A stretch of 64,000 nucleotides of DNA, from positions 11,472,001 through 11,536,000 of the forward strand of contig NC_087250.1 in NCBI RefSeq assembly GCF_037042905.1. Direction: 5' to 3'. A program made the position numbers and the translations under genes. The notes under the pieces were generated by a model. The model saw only the letters and a program-made list of their open reading frames with translations. It ran no database searches and was not told where the DNA came from. Below are positions 62,301 to 64,000 of this stretch, in pieces (positions within the stretch are counted from its first letter, which is position 1; each line of letters starts with the position of its first letter). The stretch is from Lytechinus pictus. Lineage: Eukaryota.

Positions 62301-64000
62301 CATAATTTCGGAACCGCATACCAGGGGGTCGCAATTTTGGTCTCAAAAGTTGCGTGAGACTTGAAAAAGGAAAGTCTGTGAGTGACGCGGTAAAAAAATA
62401 TGTGCAGTGGATTTATCACAAAAAATGACGAGGGGGGGCTGAATCAGCCCCCCCCCCAGTCTTATTAGGGTTAAAAAAAAATTCTATAGGCCTACTGATT
62501 GTTTTTAATATACATTTGATCAGAATTCCTGAATTAAAAAATATGTAGTTCAAGGGCTTTATTTATAGATTTGAATTGAATTTGTATTTCATGCACTAAA
62601 ATTGGTACAATTGATTCAAGTGAAATAAAGCATATTGATTTACCGGTAATGAAATTAAGCTTTGAAACCTCATGTACGTCAATTTCTTCCATTGTGCAAA
62701 TTCTCCTTCCCCCCCCCCCCTCGATTCAGACTCGGTATACCTCGGGACTACATGTATATGTTCATGTATTAGATTAGGGAATAAAATGTCAAATTACTTA
62801 ATGTGTTCTTTTTTTGTAGGCATTCAATTTCCATGATTTAGTAATTTTGGGGGAAATATGAACTTTTCTGTTGTAAATTCATTAACAAAATTGTGGTAAT
62901 CTCTTATTTGAAACATCAAGAGCTTAAATCATACTGTATTTAGTGTATAGTTTAATTGATTTAGAGAAAATTGCATCATTCGTTGGAAAAAAACGTTTTA
63001 AAACGATTTAAAACGTTTTAAAACAATAAAAAACGTTTTATTTGTTTTTTTTAATAAAAAACGTTTTTTATCACAACCCTGGCATTAGACATTTTTAACA
63101 TACGTGGTAAAATAAGCGTAATTTATACAGGAAATCTTCATAAGCCATGGACTCAATCGTGGATTTTCAAAACCACCTTTGTGAATTTGGGCCTTAATGT
63201 CTTGCTCCTTTGATTCCTCTAGTTTCTGCATGAACGAGGACAAGTAAAGGGGACATTCTACTCCGTTGATCTTGCTACAATTTCGCAAGCCACAAATCGG
63301 GCAGGATTGGGGGAAAATGAACCTTTTACGTCAAGTCAGCGAAAAATGCTCTGCAGGAACAAAAATTATCAAGTGGAGCATCCCGGTTCTACTGTTAGTA
63401 CATGTATGTCTGGAAAGACATGGGGCCTGTTGCATAAAACTTTTTACCTGAGAAAACTCTGGTAAAAACTGAAAACTGAGGTTAGTCTGATTTCTGCCAT
63501 TGACTTTAACACAGGGCAAAAACTCCGGTAAAAACAACCTGAGTTTTCTCAGGTAAAAAGTTTTATGCAACGGGCCCCAGGTTGTACTCATCCCACCATT
63601 CCCATGACTGATCGGGAAGAACGGCGGGAAACTTTGAGCAGGTTCAAAATTTCTCACCAATCACGCCGATCTGAATGAATGCCCGCCTTTACCCTGTCTT
63701 TACAATGCTGTTGTTACGCTGTTCCAGATATCAACCGATTCCTATCCCTTGGATGTCTAATGATCGGGATAGATCAGGTTTCCGGATGGTAGTTAAATTG
63801 CCCCTTTTATCAGGAAAGATTTCCTTTGAAATCAAACAAGTGGTGAAATGGACACAACTGAATGTAATTTGATAGTGGTATATGTTTGTGGACTACATTG
63901 TTGTAAACCCAAGTGATTTTCTACTACACCTCGCTGTGTTTTTGTTGTTTTGATAAATCAGTGTTTGTCTGTTGTTTTCAGATGGGTAACACCGATCAGC
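50333..64000 (+). CDS. BICRA: BICRA/GLTSCR1-like protein (ncBAF/GBAF subunit), 5' part; coding exons 50333-50367, 51754-51823, 52761-57989, 58340-58636, 59852-60010, 63982->64000
   Basis: Spliced N-terminus MDDGRCLLDVIDDPDALTSFL closely matches the human BICRA N-terminus as recalled (MDDEDGRCLLDVICDPQALNDFL). It is followed by a very large Q/P/S-rich exon and all phases are consistent. The C-terminal GLTSCR1 domain is not in the window. Confidence 0.85.
50397..50675 (+). mobile_element. tRNA-derived SINE
   Basis: A and B boxes plus core CACCCAGGTGTAGTAAATGGGTACC. Confidence 0.75.
51754..51823 (+). CDS. BICRA: BICRA-like coding exon 2 (DPDALTSFLDKQDEFRLDSADLE)
   Basis: Strong pyrimidine tract with CAG, GTAAG donor, phase 2-0. 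Confidence 0.88.
51930..52630. mobile_element. piggyBac-like MITE (diverged)
   Basis: Internal similarity to 59023-59739; ends TTTTAGGG-TTAA. Confidence 0.55.
52761..57989 (+). CDS. BICRA: BICRA-like coding exon 3 (5229 nt, 1743 codons, disordered Q/P/S-rich)
   Basis: Lies within the 1749-aa ORF; CAG acceptor at 52760, GTGAGT donor at 57990. Confidence 0.92.
58340..58636 (+). CDS. BICRA: BICRA-like coding exon 4 (KAKTSHFSVQTQQSLHSVQGFIRQLEG...)
   Basis: Phase 0-0, canonical sites, helical/coiled-coil-like segment. Confidence 0.85.
59023..59739. mobile_element. piggyBac-like MITE (CCCTAA...TTAGGG, TTAA-type flanks)
   Basis: TIR CCCTAAAAGGACTGG/CCAGTCCTTTTAGGG; related copies at about 51930-52630 and 61800-62470. 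Confidence 0.7.
59852..60010 (+). CDS. BICRA: BICRA-like coding exon 5 (NTASSTFAV...GQYK)
   Basis: Phase 0-0, canonical sites. Confidence 0.82.
60193..60775. mobile_element. MITE family A copy nested in a foldback element
   Basis: Same TIRs and TTAA flanks. Confidence 0.85.
60924..63081. mobile_element. hAT-like non-autonomous element
   Basis: CAGGGTTG...CAACCCTG termini, perfect 8-bp TSD GCATTAGA, AAAACG-rich subterminal repeats. Confidence 0.85.
61800..62470. mobile_element. piggyBac-like MITE nested in the hAT-like element
   Basis: Similar to 59023-59739; ends CCAGTCTTATTAGGG-TTAA. Confidence 0.65.
63982..64000 (+). CDS. BICRA: BICRA-like coding exon 6, start only (MGNTDQ)
   Basis: Strong acceptor gttgttttcag; truncated by the window end. 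Confidence 0.6.

Larger units (their letters stand above)
60031..63193. mobile_element. Foldback MITE hosting nested insertions
   Basis: Arms GGTTTTGAAAA...TTCCTGTATAAATTACGCTTA and TAAGCGTAATTTATACAGGAA...TTTTCAAAACC are reverse complements. Confidence 0.7.

Overview
Animal genomic DNA, AT-rich and intron-rich; the repeat landscape suggests an echinoderm, probably a sea urchin (inference). Two host genes lie head-to-head. On the minus strand is NCAPD3 (condensin II subunit CAP-D3): 26 coding exons traced by hand from the ATG at 30321 down to 483, all GT-AG and phase-consistent, with the 3' end beyond the window start. On the plus strand is a BICRA/GLTSCR1-like gene (ncBAF subunit): ATG at 50333, a 5.2-kb low-complexity exon, and the 3' end beyond the window end. 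The intergenic region holds a 7.2-kb CACTA/EnSpm-type element carrying an intact spliced ORF, and a 5'-inverted L1/Tx1-clade LINE nested in a MITE. Introns contain many MITEs, tRNA-derived SINEs and minisatellites. The most unusual observations are repeated local duplication of NCAPD3 exon parts (including two possible new in-frame 96-nt cassette exons), a splice donor supplied by a MITE, a twin-priming LINE insertion, and a chain of ATGA-overlapping uORFs upstream of BICRA. There is no prokaryotic-type system or CRISPR array. Homology calls come from remembered human protein sequences, not from a database search.
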